Source of the DNA: Archangium sp.
GTDB lineage: Bacteria; Myxococcota; Myxococcia; Myxococcales; Myxococcaceae
Length of the DNA stretch: 64,000 bases
Assembly (NCBI GenBank): GCA_022843845.1
Contig: JALHMW010000002.1
Span: forward strand, 91,559-155,558
Direction of reading: 5' to 3'
Program-made: the position numbers and the translations under genes
Part shown: positions 9,839 through 18,965 of the stretch, piece by piece
How the letters are laid out: each line of letters begins with the position of its first letter
Numbering within the stretch: the stretch's first letter is position 1
The notes under the pieces: model-generated
The model's database searches: none
Seen by the model: the letters and a program-made list of their open reading frames with translations, nothing else
Told to the model about the DNA's origin: nothing

Positions 9839-11103
9839 CGTTGCGTCGCCTCGAGCTCTCCATCGAGCGGCTGTCGAAGTCTGGTGACGGCGTGGCCGAA
9901 GTCGCGGGCCGCGCCGTTTTCGTTCCAGGCACCGTGCCGGGAGATCGCGTGCTCGCCGAGGTCTTCGAGCAGGGCAAGGCGGTTCGAGGCGAGGTCCTCG
10001 AGGTCTTGAGCCCCGGTCCGGGCCGGCGCTCGCCGATCTGCCCGCTCGCCGATCGCTGCGGCGGCTGCGACTGGATGCACCTGACGGAGGACACGCAGCA
10101 CGAGCACAAGCGTCACATCGTCGTCTCGGCGCTCGAGCACCTGGGCGGTCTGGGGCCCGACGCGTACGAGCTGCTGCCGTTCGTCTTCTCGCCGATGCCG
10201 TACAACTCGCGACGGCGCGCGGTGCTGCACCCCGTGAAAGGGCGCCTGGGTTTCTTCGGCAAACGCAGCCACACGCACGTCGAGGTCGACTTGTGTCCCG
10301 CGCTCACGCCACCGCTCGAGTCGTTGCCGGGAGAGCTGGCCGATGCCCTCGGCACCGCGCTCAAAGACGTCGACGAGGTGCACCTGCTCGAGGTCGGCGG
10401 TCAGATCTCGTTCGCGCTGATGGCGAAGGGCGCGCTGCGCCCGAAGCACCGTGAGGCGGCGCAGGCGCTGATTCGTGACGAGCTCGTCTCTGGCGTCGTG
10501 CTGGTGCCGGGGGCAGGGAAGGGCGCTCCGGAGCTGCATGGCTCGGCGGTGCTCGAAGACGACGGCGTCTGGTATCGGCCCGACGCGTTCGCGCAGGCCA
10601 ACGCCGACGTGAATCGGCCGCTCGTCGAGCATGCGGTGGCTGAGCTGGAAGCCGGCCCCGATGACTCGGTGCTCGAGCTCTATTCGGGCAACGGCAACTT
10701 CACCTTCCCGCTGGCGGCGTCGTCGGCCTCGGTGCTCGCGGTGGAGTCGTCGACGGTCTCGCTCGGGCTTGCCCAGCAGGGCGCGCGGAAGCTTGGCTTC
10801 ACCAACATTCGCTTCGTGCAGGGCGACTGCGAGAAGTTCGCGAAGGGCCTGGTGAAGGAGTCGAAGCGCTTCGATCGCATTTTGCTCGACCCACCTCGCA
10901 CCGGCGCCCCCGGCATCGGGGAGTGGGCCTCCCGGCTGCTCGCTGCCCGGGTCGTCTACGTCGCATGCGATCCCGCGGCGCTCGCCCGTGATGCGGCGGA
11001 GCTGGTCGCCAACGGCTTCGTGCCCCGCACGGTTCGTCTCTTCGATCTCTTTCCTCAGACGCGGCACATCGAAGTGGTGATGTCGTTCTCGCGCGGGGCC
11101 TGA
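9835..11103 (+). CDS. rlmD: 23S rRNA (uracil-5)-methyltransferase RumA/RlmD family (TRAM plus Fe-S plus SAM methyltransferase)
   Basis: TRAM N-terminus, Cys cluster CPLADRCGGCDWMH, C-terminal methyltransferase DPPRTG. The GTG start overlaps the PilZ stop (GTGA). Confidence 0.85.
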   Translation: MTLRRLELSIERLSKSGDGVAEVAGRAVFVPGTVPGDRVLAEVFEQGKAVRGEVLEVLSPGPGRRSPICPLADRCGGCDWMHLTEDTQHEHKRHIVVSALEHLGGLGPDAYELLPFVFSPMPYNSRRRAVLHPVKGRLGFFGKRSHTHVEVDLCPALTPPLESLPGELADALGTALKDVDEVHLLEVGGQISFALMAKGALRPKHREAAQALIRDELVSGVVLVPGAGKGAPELHGSAVLEDDGVWYRPDAFAQANADVNRPLVEHAVAELEAGPDDSVLELYSGNGNFTFPLAASSASVLAVESSTVSLGLAQQGARKLGFTNIRFVQGDCEKFAKGLVKESKRFDRILLDPPRTGAPGIGEWASRLLAARVVYVACDPAALARDAAELVANGFVPRTVRLFDLFPQTRHIEVVMSFSRGA

Positions 11104-11108
11104 CGCCG

Positions 11109-12509
11109 ATGATGGACAGCCGCATCGTCGAGTTCGTCGAGGTGCTGCGCCAGAACGGGCTGCGCGTCGGCGTGTCGGAGTCGCGTGACGCCGTCGAGGC
11201 GATCTCCCACGCCGGTCTCGACGACCCCGAGCTGTTCCGCGCCGCGCTCGAGGCCTCGCTCTGCAAACGCGTCGGCGATCGTGAGACCTTCAACCGGGCG
11301 TTCCAGCTCTTCTTCACCGGCGCCGTGAAGATGCTGCAGGACCTCGATCAGTCCCTGGCCGATCGCATTCGAGAAGAAGGCCTGCTCGAGGGCGATGAGC
11401 TGAAGATGATCGTGTGGATGCTGGAGCAGCTCGCCGGCCAGATGTCTCCGCTGACGCAGGCGGCGATGAACGGCAACCGGGGCCAGCTCGCCAGTCTCTT
11501 TCGCCAGGCCACGCTGCAGCTCGACTTCTCGCGGGTCCAGAACGCGCTCCAGACCGGGTTCTACAGCCGGCGGCTGCTCTCCGGCGCGGGCTTCGACACC
11601 ATGCGCAGCGATGTGCAGGGCATCAACGCCGAGCTCGAGGCGCGCGGCGTGTCGCCACGAGGCGTCGAGATCGTCGCGCGCCAGCTCTCGGCCGCGATGC
11701 GGAAGGTCGAAGAGGCCGCCCGCGCCGAGGCTGGCCGGCAGATCACCTCGCGGCTCCGCAAGGCCCAGGGCTCGGTCTCGGACAAGCCGCTGCACCTGCT
11801 CTCTCGGCAGGAGATCGAGATCGCCCAGCGCGCCGTGCGGGCCCTCGCCGAGAAGCTCAAGTCGCGGCTCATTCGCAGGCAGCGCTCGCGCAAGAAGGGG
11901 CAGCTCAACCCGCGGCGCACGCTCCGAAAGAACCTCTCGTCGGGTGGCGTGCCGATGGTGCCTCAGTTCCGCACTCGCCGGCCGGCGCGGCCCGACGTCG
12001 TGGTGCTCTGCGACGTCTCGGACTCGGTGCGCGTCACGTCCCGCATGATGGTGCTCTTCACCTTCACGCTGCAGTCGCTCTTCGCGCGCGTGCGTAGCTT
12101 CATCTTCGTGTCCGAGCTGGGCGAAGTGACGAAGCAGCTCAAAGACGCGAAGCCCGAAGACGCCATGGACATCGCGACCCAGTCGGGCGTGATCTCGCTG
12201 GCGTCGAACTCGAACTACGGCAACGCGTTCGCAGAGTTCACCCGCGGCTACCTGGGTTCGGTCACCCGACGCACGACCGTGTTGATCATCGGAGACGGCC
12301 GCAACAACCACAACGCCGCCAACGCGTGGGCCCTCGAGGATCTCAAGCGCAAGGCGAAGCGGGTGGTGTGGATCTGCACCGAGCCGCGCCAGAACTGGGG
12401 CTTCGGCGACTCCGAGATGCTCACCTACGAGAAGGCCGTGTCGCAGGTAGTCACGGTGCAGACATTGTCGGACCTCGAGCGAATCGCCCAGCAGTTGGTT
12501 CCGACCTGA
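11109..12509 (+). CDS. CoxE-like von Willebrand factor A domain protein
   Basis: N-terminal CoxE-like helical region and a C-terminal VWA domain with MIDAS-like VVLCDVSDSV and IIGDGRNN. Confidence 0.75.
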   Translation: MMDSRIVEFVEVLRQNGLRVGVSESRDAVEAISHAGLDDPELFRAALEASLCKRVGDRETFNRAFQLFFTGAVKMLQDLDQSLADRIREEGLLEGDELKMIVWMLEQLAGQMSPLTQAAMNGNRGQLASLFRQATLQLDFSRVQNALQTGFYSRRLLSGAGFDTMRSDVQGINAELEARGVSPRGVEIVARQLSAAMRKVEEAARAEAGRQITSRLRKAQGSVSDKPLHLLSRQEIEIAQRAVRALAEKLKSRLIRRQRSRKKGQLNPRRTLRKNLSSGGVPMVPQFRTRRPARPDVVVLCDVSDSVRVTSRMMVLFTFTLQSLFARVRSFIFVSELGEVTKQLKDAKPEDAMDIATQSGVISLASNSNYGNAFAEFTRGYLGSVTRRTTVLIIGDGRNNHNAANAWALEDLKRKAKRVVWICTEPRQNWGFGDSEMLTYEKAVSQVVTVQTLSDLERIAQQLVPT

Positions 12510-12554
12510 GGTGAGTGCTTCGGCGTCGACGCGGGTGCGCCTACGCTCCGCGCC

Positions 12555-15380
12555 GTGACTGATCATCGTTCCAACTCCCGCAAGGCCGTCGGCCTGTTGG
12601 TGAAGCTGAAGTACTCTGGCGTTGACGAGTTCGCCGAGCGGTACGCGACGAACCTGAGCGATGGCGGCATGTTCATTCGTTCGCGCGAGCCCAAGCCCGT
12701 CGGCACCGAGCTGAAGTTCCGCGTCGAGATCGCCAACGGTGAGCGGGTGCTGCAGGGCACTGGTGTCGTGCGCTGGGTGCGGAGCCCCGACGATCCGACC
12801 GGCGCTCCAGGCATGGGCGTGCAGTTCGAGACGCTGGACGAGGCCAGCCGGGCGCTGGTCGACCGAATGCTCGCGAGTGGAGAGGCGTCGAGGCCGCCGA
12901 GTGTCGCGCCGGCGATCGCTCCTGCGCGGGCGCCCGCAGTGGCTCCTGCGATCACCTCCGTCGCCTCGCCGAGGCCTCAGACGCCAGTGCCCTCGGTGGC
13001 GCCTGCGATCGCGTCGGTCGCTTCAGCGGCGCCGCAGACGACTGTGCCCTCGGTGGCGCCGGCGATGGCGTCGGTCGCTTCAGCGCGGCCTCAGCCGCCC
13101 GTGCCCTCGGTTGCGCCAGCGAACGCGCCGTCCGCCTCACCTGCGGCGCACACGCCAACTCTGGGTGCGCCGAGGCCCGCCCTGCCCACCGCGCCGCTCG
13201 ACGCAGCTGCGCTCTTCGAGCTTTCTCTCGATGAATCGCCGCCCGCCCCATCCTCCCCACCGGTGGCCTTCGAACTCGACGTCGCCGCGACCGACGACCC
13301 GGCCCTGCCTGCGCTGGAAGTCGACGTACCGTTCGTCGATGCGATCGACGCCGAGCCACAGCCTCCTTCGGCGGGCGCCAACGAAATCGACGTCGATCTC
13401 GACAGCCTGTTGGCCTCGACGCCGCCGGCCGCACCGCTCGACGACGAGCCGCCGGTCGAGTCCTCGAACTCCGTTGGCTTCGAGATCGACTTCGAGTTCG
13501 CGCCGCACGAAGGCGTCGAGCCATCGCCGGCGCCGCCTCCGGTCGACGCAGCATCGGCCGTCACGGCGCCGGAACCAGTGAGCCCGGCGCCGCTGCCCGA
13601 ACTCCGACGCGAAGCCGCGCGAGCACCAGCGCCGGTCGCCGAACGCCAGACCCTGACGACGGTGGCCCCGGCCCCTCCGGTGCCCATGGCTCCCCAGCGA
13701 ACCGGGCCGGTGTACCTCACCTCGACCGAGCCGATCGCCGACACCGGGCCCGTCATCGGCATCGATCTCGGCACGACCAACAGCGCCTGCGCGATCGTCG
13801 CGAAGGGGCGCGCGCAGATCCTCCGCTCGAAGGACGGCTACAACACCATCCCCTCCATCGTCGCGTTGTCGAAGAACGGCCGGCTCGAGGTCGGCCACCG
13901 CGCGAAGGGGCAGATGGTGCTCAACCCGACGCAGTCGATCTTCGGCGCCAAGCGCCTGGTGGGCCGGGACTTCGAGAGCCCGACGGTGCGGCACGTTCGT
14001 GAGCGCTCCCACTTCGAGATCGTCGCCGACGACGCGAACCGCGCTGCCGTGCGGCTCGGCGCGAACACCCTGATGCTCGAGGAGGTGCAGGGGCTGGTGC
14101 TCAAGGAGTGCCGCGAGATGGCGGAGCACACGCTCGGCATGAAGATCTCTCGCGCGGTGGTGACGTGCCCGGCCTACTACTCGGAGCCGCAGCGCGAGGC
14201 GGTGCGCCGCGCCGGCAAGCTCGCGGGGCTCAAGGTGGAGCGCGTGCTGAACGAGCCGACGGCGGCAGCGCTGGCGTTCGGCATGAACCGGGAGCTGTCG
14301 AAGACCGTGCTCGTCTACGATCTCGGCGGCGGCACGTTCGACGCCACACTGTTGAAGATCGACAAGAACGTCTTCGAGGTGCTCGCGACGGGCGGCGACG
14401 TCTTTCTCGGTGGCACCGACTTCGACAATCAGATCGTCGATCTGCTGCTTCAGCGGTTTCAGACGCAGCACGGCCGGCCGTTCGCCGGCGATCAGATCGC
14501 GCTCTCCCGGATCTCCGAGGTCGCCGAGAAGGCGAAGGTCGCGCTCTCGGAGCAACACTCGTTCGACGTGCATCTGCCGATGCTCGAGCTCGACTCGTCG
14601 GGGACGCCGAAGGATCTGAAGTGCACCGTCACCCGGGCCGACGTCGAGAAGGCGTCAGGGGCCCTCGTGGAGCGGACGATTCAAGCCGTTCATGACGTGC
14701 TCCTCGACGCGAAGCTCAAGCCTGGGCAGGTCGACGACGTCATCCTCGTGGGTGGCATGAGCCGCATGCCGCTGGTGCGCGAGAAGCTGAAGGCCATCTT
14801 CAAGAAGCCACCGCAGGCGTCGGTGAACGCAGACGAGGCCGTGGCGCTCGGCGCGGCCCTCTACTCAGGCTCGGTCGACAAGGTCTCGAGCCTGGTGCTG
14901 ATCGACGTCGTCCCGATGACGGTCGGGCTTGGCAAGCCGGGCGGCGGGTTTCATCGGCTCATCGAGCGCAACACGCCCCTGCCGGCGACGAAGTCGTTCG
15001 GGCTGTCGACGCACGAGGACAACCAGACCGAGCTCGAGGTGATGATCTTCCAGGGCGAAGACTCGAACGTCGCGGGTAACGAGTTCCTCGGGGCGATGAA
15101 GCTCGAAGGGCTGCCGAAGGGGCCGAAGGGTTCGGTGCAGATCGCGATCACCATCAGCCTCGATGCCGAGTGCGTGCTCAAGGTCGAGGCGCGCGAGTTC
15201 CGTACCCGGAAGGTCGTTCAGACGACGCTGGCCACGCGCTACACGAGCGACGAGGTGGCGAAGCGGCTGAACATCACCGCCGAGAAACGGGCGCAGACTG
15301 ATCAACAGCGCGCCCAGGAGCTGGGCGGCCGGGCGGGTGGCTTCTGGAGCAAACTGAAGCGCGTGTTCTCTCGCGGCTGA
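12555..15380 (+). CDS. PilZ-linker-Hsp70 fusion: DnaK-like ATPase with an N-terminal TIGR02266 PilZ domain and a Pro/Ala-rich repeat linker
   Basis: GTG start. N-terminus KYSGVDEFAERYATNLSDGGMFIRS (PilZ). A ~330-aa low-complexity P/A/S linker with tandem repeats. Hsp70 NBD plus SBD: [34 protein letters not shown]. Confidence 0.85.
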   Translation: MTDHRSNSRKAVGLLVKLKYSGVDEFAERYATNLSDGGMFIRSREPKPVGTELKFRVEIANGERVLQGTGVVRWVRSPDDPTGAPGMGVQFETLDEASRALVDRMLASGEASRPPSVAPAIAPARAPAVAPAITSVASPRPQTPVPSVAPAIASVASAAPQTTVPSVAPAMASVASARPQPPVPSVAPANAPSASPAAHTPTLGAPRPALPTAPLDAAALFELSLDESPPAPSSPPVAFELDVAATDDPALPALEVDVPFVDAIDAEPQPPSAGANEIDVDLDSLLASTPPAAPLDDEPPVESSNSVGFEIDFEFAPHEGVEPSPAPPPVDAASAVTAPEPVSPAPLPELRREAARAPAPVAERQTLTTVAPAPPVPMAPQRTGPVYLTSTEPIADTGPVIGIDLGTTNSACAIVAKGRAQILRSKDGYNTIPSIVALSKNGRLEVGHRAKGQMVLNPTQSIFGAKRLVGRDFESPTVRHVRERSHFEIVADDANRAAVRLGANTLMLEEVQGLVLKECREMAEHTLGMKISRAVVTCPAYYSEPQREAVRRAGKLAGLKVERVLNEPTAAALAFGMNRELSKTVLVYDLGGGTFDATLLKIDKNVFEVLATGGDVFLGGTDFDNQIVDLLLQRFQTQHGRPFAGDQIALSRISEVAEKAKVALSEQHSFDVHLPMLELDSSGTPKDLKCTVTRADVEKASGALVERTIQAVHDVLLDAKLKPGQVDDVILVGGMSRMPLVREKLKAIFKKPPQASVNADEAVALGAALYSGSVDKVSSLVLIDVVPMTVGLGKPGGGFHRLIERNTPLPATKSFGLSTHEDNQTELEVMIFQGEDSNVAGNEFLGAMKLEGLPKGPKGSVQIAITISLDAECVLKVEAREFRTRKVVQTTLATRYTSDEVAKRLNITAEKRAQTDQQRAQELGGRAGGFWSKLKRVFSRG
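12930..13160 (+). repeat. Intragenic 57-bp (19-aa) tandem repeat, about 4 copies, inside the PilZ-Hsp70 linker
   Basis: The unit gtgccctcggtggcgcc(t/g)gcgat(c/g)gcgtcggtcgcttcagcg.. starts at 12987, 13044 and 13101, with diverged copies on either side. It encodes VPSVAPAIASVASAAPQTT. Confidence 0.65.
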
Positions 15381-15383
15381 CGC

Positions 15384-16112
15384 TCACCACAACACAGCGC
15401 GGAGCTCGGCTGCGCGATCCAACTGGGCCTTCGTCGGCACCTCGATGCCAGCCTCTGACCAGGCGTTGCGCTGATCGACGACCCGCACGCCGTTCACCAC
15501 GGCGAAGATCCGGTTCAGCAGCGCTGCGGTGATCGCGTAGCTGGCGAAGAGCCAGCTCTCGGACCGCCCGCGCACAGCCGTCATTGCCAGCCAGGTCATC
15601 TCCACGGCCAGCAGGTCCATGACGATGTGGAACGCGAGCATCGTGCCGAACGACAGGCCCATCGACGCCCCGACGGGATCGGAGGCTCCGAGGTACAGCG
15701 TCGAGGTGAACGGGAGCACCGCACCGAGCACCACCACGAGTGGGCCCGAGCGCGTCGTGAGCGTCTCGCCGGGTCGCCCGGTGAGCTGGTTCTCGACGGC
15801 GGCCGCGAGAAGAGCGCTCTCGCCGAACCCCGAGCGCTCCGTCCTGACGCGCAACGCATTGTCTTCGGGCCGGAGCGTCATCGCGCCGTTGGGCGTCGAG
15901 ACGAGCACGAACTGGCCCGAGTCGGCGAGGTGCGCCTCCCAGCCGAGCCGCTGCGCTGACTGAAGCGCTGCTTCGCTGATGGCGGCCTGCGATCCTGCGA
16001 TGGGGAAGCTCGTTCGAACGGTCTGGCACCCAGCTGCGCCAACCGCCACGACACAGCAGAGGAGCCGGAAGAGCATGCGCGCCGCAGACGGCGGCCGCGT
16101 CGCTCTATTCAC
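15384..16112 (-). CDS. Lipoprotein with C-terminal membrane helices, hypothetical
   Basis: MLFRLLCCVVAVGAAGCQ lipobox; this alternative ATG is at 16076. Convergent with the Hsp70 fusion. Confidence 0.5.
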   Translation of the reverse strand: MNRATRPPSAARMLFRLLCCVVAVGAAGCQTVRTSFPIAGSQAAISEAALQSAQRLGWEAHLADSGQFVLVSTPNGAMTLRPEDNALRVRTERSGFGESALLAAAVENQLTGRPGETLTTRSGPLVVVLGAVLPFTSTLYLGASDPVGASMGLSFGTMLAFHIVMDLLAVEMTWLAMTAVRGRSESWLFASYAITAALLNRIFAVVNGVRVVDQRNAWSEAGIEVPTKAQLDRAAELRAVLW

Positions 16113-16157
16113 CTCGGGCCGGAGATCGCTGGTGCGGTGGCGTCTCGGACCGCGGGT

Positions 16158-18965
16158 TCACCGCTTCTGCAGCGCCTCGTGGAGCGCCTTCGCCTCGGTG
16201 CGTGTGCCATACGACGCAGGCCACTCGAGCAGCGCATCCTCGATCAGTGCGAGCGATCGTGCCCGCTGCGAGGTGCCGAGTGCCTTCGCGAGCAGGAACG
16301 CAGCGTCGCCGTGCTCGATCGACTTGGGACTGGCGAGCGCGAGCGCCTGCTCCAGATAGCCGCGGGCCGCTCCCGTGTTGCCTTCGCCGAGCTTCGTGGC
16401 GCCGAGGCCGGCGAGGTTCCTCGCGAGCTCCGGGCTCGCCGCGCCCAGCGCCGTCTTTCGAATCTCGAGCGCGCGGGAATCTGACTCGATGGCCTCGGCA
16501 AACGCGTTCGCGCGCCGCTGCGCCGTGGCGAGGTTGGTGAGCGTGACGGCGACGGTCAGCGCGCTCGGCCCAGCGGTCTTCTCCTTGATCGCCAGCGCGC
16601 GCGTCAGCACGGCGAGCGCTTCTTTGGGCTTGTCGGTGTCGAGCCACACCGCGCCAAGGTTCGACAGCGACTGCGCCACCTTCGGGCTGTCGGCGCCATA
16701 CGCCCGCTCGCGAATGCTCAGCGAGTGCTCGAGCGACGAGATCGCCGCGTCATGGGCGCCGTCGTCGTGCAACGCGTTCGCGAGGTTGTTGAGGGTGTCG
16801 GCGACGGCGGGGTGATCGGGCGCGAGCACCTTCTCTTCGATCGACAACGCACGCTTGAACTCGGCGATCGCCTCGGACCGGCGGCCCATCGCGCGAAGGG
16901 TGATGCCGCAGTTGTTGTGGCTGCGGGCGGCGAGCGGCGACTCGGGCCCGAAGACGGCCTCGCGAAGTCCGAGCGCCTTCTGGTGGCCGGCCAGCGCCTC
17001 GTCGTGTCGGCCCTGACGGCTGCGCAGCACGGCTTCGTTGTTCGCGAGCGACGCCTCGAGCTCGCGCGGAGCTCCGAACCGATTGACCGCGACGCGCGCG
17101 TAGCGTGCCCAGCGCTCGGCGTCCTGGAGATCGAGGTTGCTGGCGCCGGCGAAGCCAACGCGATCGACCCAGGCCCGAGCGGCCACCTCGTCGGACTGGT
17201 GCTGCTGCGCGAGGAGGATCGCGTCTTCGGACAGCTGGTCAGCCTTCGCGAAGTCGAGCTCGGCGGCGGCGAGTCTTGCCTTCAGCCACGTCGCCTCGGC
17301 GAGCGCATCGGAGGCGTCTTGCGAGGTCGCCTGCGCCATCACCTGCGAGACCCGCTCTCTCGCGTCGCGCAGCTTGCCGGCGTCGATCAACGCCCTGACG
17401 CCCGCGAGGCCCTTGCGGAGCTCGTCGCCTTCCTCGGTGGAACGCACCGGCGCTGCGTGTTCGCACGCGCTCAACGTGGGGAGCGCTGCAGCGAGGGAGA
17501 CGGCCCGCTCGACGATCTCGTCGTCTGCGTTCTTGAACAGCTGCGCCGTCGCGTCGAAGTCGGCGAGGCGTCGGGACAGACAGACGATCGATTGACCGAG
17601 TTGCTCGTCGGCGCGCCCGTCTGACGCCTCGCACGCGGCTCGTCGTCGATCGACCCAGCGTCGGCCCCAACCATCCATCAGGCGTTCGCTCTCGCTCCAG
17701 GCGGCCATTGCCCAGGGGCGGGTGGAGCGCTCGAACGCGGCGCGCGCTTCCCGTTTCGTCTTCTCGTCCCAGACGCCGATCAAGCGCGAGGAGACGCCGG
17801 CGCAGCGCTGGGCTTCGCGGCGTGAGAGCACGACGACGAGGACGAGCGAGAACGCTGACAGCACCGCCACCGCGACGGTCGCGAGCTGCCGCTGCCTCGA
17901 CGATCGCCGACGACCGAGCTGAACCAGCAGCGCGCGCAACGTCTGAAAACGCTCGTCGGGGTTCGCGCGCAGGGCCTTCTGGAGGAGCTGGTAGATGCGC
18001 CGCGGCACCGACGTCTTCCTCGGCGGCGGGCGAATCCGGTTGAGCTGAATCTCGGCGGCGACGCCCGGCGCGGTGGTGCCCTCGAACGGGCGGAACCCGT
18101 ACAGCGCCTCGAAGAGCGCGATCGCGAAGCTGAACTCGTCGCTCCGCGGGTCGGTCTTCTGCCCGTACATCGCTTCGGGCGACATGTACGCCGGCGTGCC
18201 GAGCATGATGCCGGGCAGGGTGATGCGACGGCGCATGGAGCCCGTCGGCGTGTCGGTGAGCGGAGCCGTCGGTTGCGGCTGGTTCTCGTGAGCGTGCGCG
18301 AGCCCGAAGTCCATCACGCGCGCGCGGCCGTCGCGGCTGATGACGACGTTGTCGGGCTTGAAGTCGCGGTGCGTGACGCCAGCATCGTGCGCGGCCGAGA
18401 GGCCCTCACCGGCGTCGAGGAAGATGCCGAGAATCTCGCGCCAGCCACGGGGCTTCTCGGCGAGCCACTTCGTCAGCGTCAGGCCCTCGACGAACTCCAT
18501 CGCGAGATAGACCTGGCCCTCGACGACGCCGACGTCGTGCACGGTGACGACGTTCGGGTGCGTCATTCGCGCGAGCGCCTGCGCTTCCCGCATCAGGCGA
18601 AGTCGCAGCTCGTCAGCGATGCCGCTGGCCTGGTGTTCGGCCTTCAGGAGCTTGATCGCGATCTTGCGATCGAGCACGGGATCCCACGCGGCGTAGACCT
18701 CGCCCATGCCGCCCTGGCCGAGGCGATCGAGCACAACGTAGCGATCGAGCGGTTCTCCCTTTGCGAGCGACGCCGGTTGCTGCGCGACCGGGTCGAGGTG
18801 TTCGCCCGAGTGATGCGTCGCTTCGAACGCCGGGTCCGTACGCGGGCCGTGCGCAGGCGTCAGCGTGTCGCCGAGGAGCGGATCGTCTTTGGGGTGCGAG
18901 TCGGCCACGCGCTCGAGGGTGCAGAGTTCAGCGACCGGGCTCGCTGAATGGCGCGGTTCAACCAT
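16158..18965 (-). CDS. Ser/Thr protein kinase with a large C-terminal TPR domain
   Basis: Kinase subdomains GQGGMGEVY, AIKLLK, HRDFKPDNVV, DFGLA, SPE. About 600 aa of TPR repeats. Start set at ATG 18965 (MVEPRH). The upstream part of the track ORF, to 19712, is an S/R/T-rich shadow. Confidence 0.8.
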   Translation of the reverse strand: MVEPRHSASPVAELCTLERVADSHPKDDPLLGDTLTPAHGPRTDPAFEATHHSGEHLDPVAQQPASLAKGEPLDRYVVLDRLGQGGMGEVYAAWDPVLDRKIAIKLLKAEHQASGIADELRLRLMREAQALARMTHPNVVTVHDVGVVEGQVYLAMEFVEGLTLTKWLAEKPRGWREILGIFLDAGEGLSAAHDAGVTHRDFKPDNVVISRDGRARVMDFGLAHAHENQPQPTAPLTDTPTGSMRRRITLPGIMLGTPAYMSPEAMYGQKTDPRSDEFSFAIALFEALYGFRPFEGTTAPGVAAEIQLNRIRPPPRKTSVPRRIYQLLQKALRANPDERFQTLRALLVQLGRRRSSRQRQLATVAVAVLSAFSLVLVVVLSRREAQRCAGVSSRLIGVWDEKTKREARAAFERSTRPWAMAAWSESERLMDGWGRRWVDRRRAACEASDGRADEQLGQSIVCLSRRLADFDATAQLFKNADDEIVERAVSLAAALPTLSACEHAAPVRSTEEGDELRKGLAGVRALIDAGKLRDARERVSQVMAQATSQDASDALAEATWLKARLAAAELDFAKADQLSEDAILLAQQHQSDEVAARAWVDRVGFAGASNLDLQDAERWARYARVAVNRFGAPRELEASLANNEAVLRSRQGRHDEALAGHQKALGLREAVFGPESPLAARSHNNCGITLRAMGRRSEAIAEFKRALSIEEKVLAPDHPAVADTLNNLANALHDDGAHDAAISSLEHSLSIRERAYGADSPKVAQSLSNLGAVWLDTDKPKEALAVLTRALAIKEKTAGPSALTVAVTLTNLATAQRRANAFAEAIESDSRALEIRKTALGAASPELARNLAGLGATKLGEGNTGAARGYLEQALALASPKSIEHGDAAFLLAKALGTSQRARSLALIEDALLEWPASYGTRTEAKALHEALQKR

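Noticed and set aside
9718-12566. Minus-strand ORFs 9718..11067 and 11055..12566 (449 and 503 aa)
   Set aside because: Antisense to rlmD and the CoxE-VWA gene, which have strong family motifs. The translations are Arg/Glu/Leu-rich with no motifs.
13137-14573. 478-aa minus ORF and several plus alternative-frame ORFs inside the Hsp70 fusion gene
   Set aside because: The Hsp70 frame has unambiguous NBD and SBD motifs. The others are shadows.
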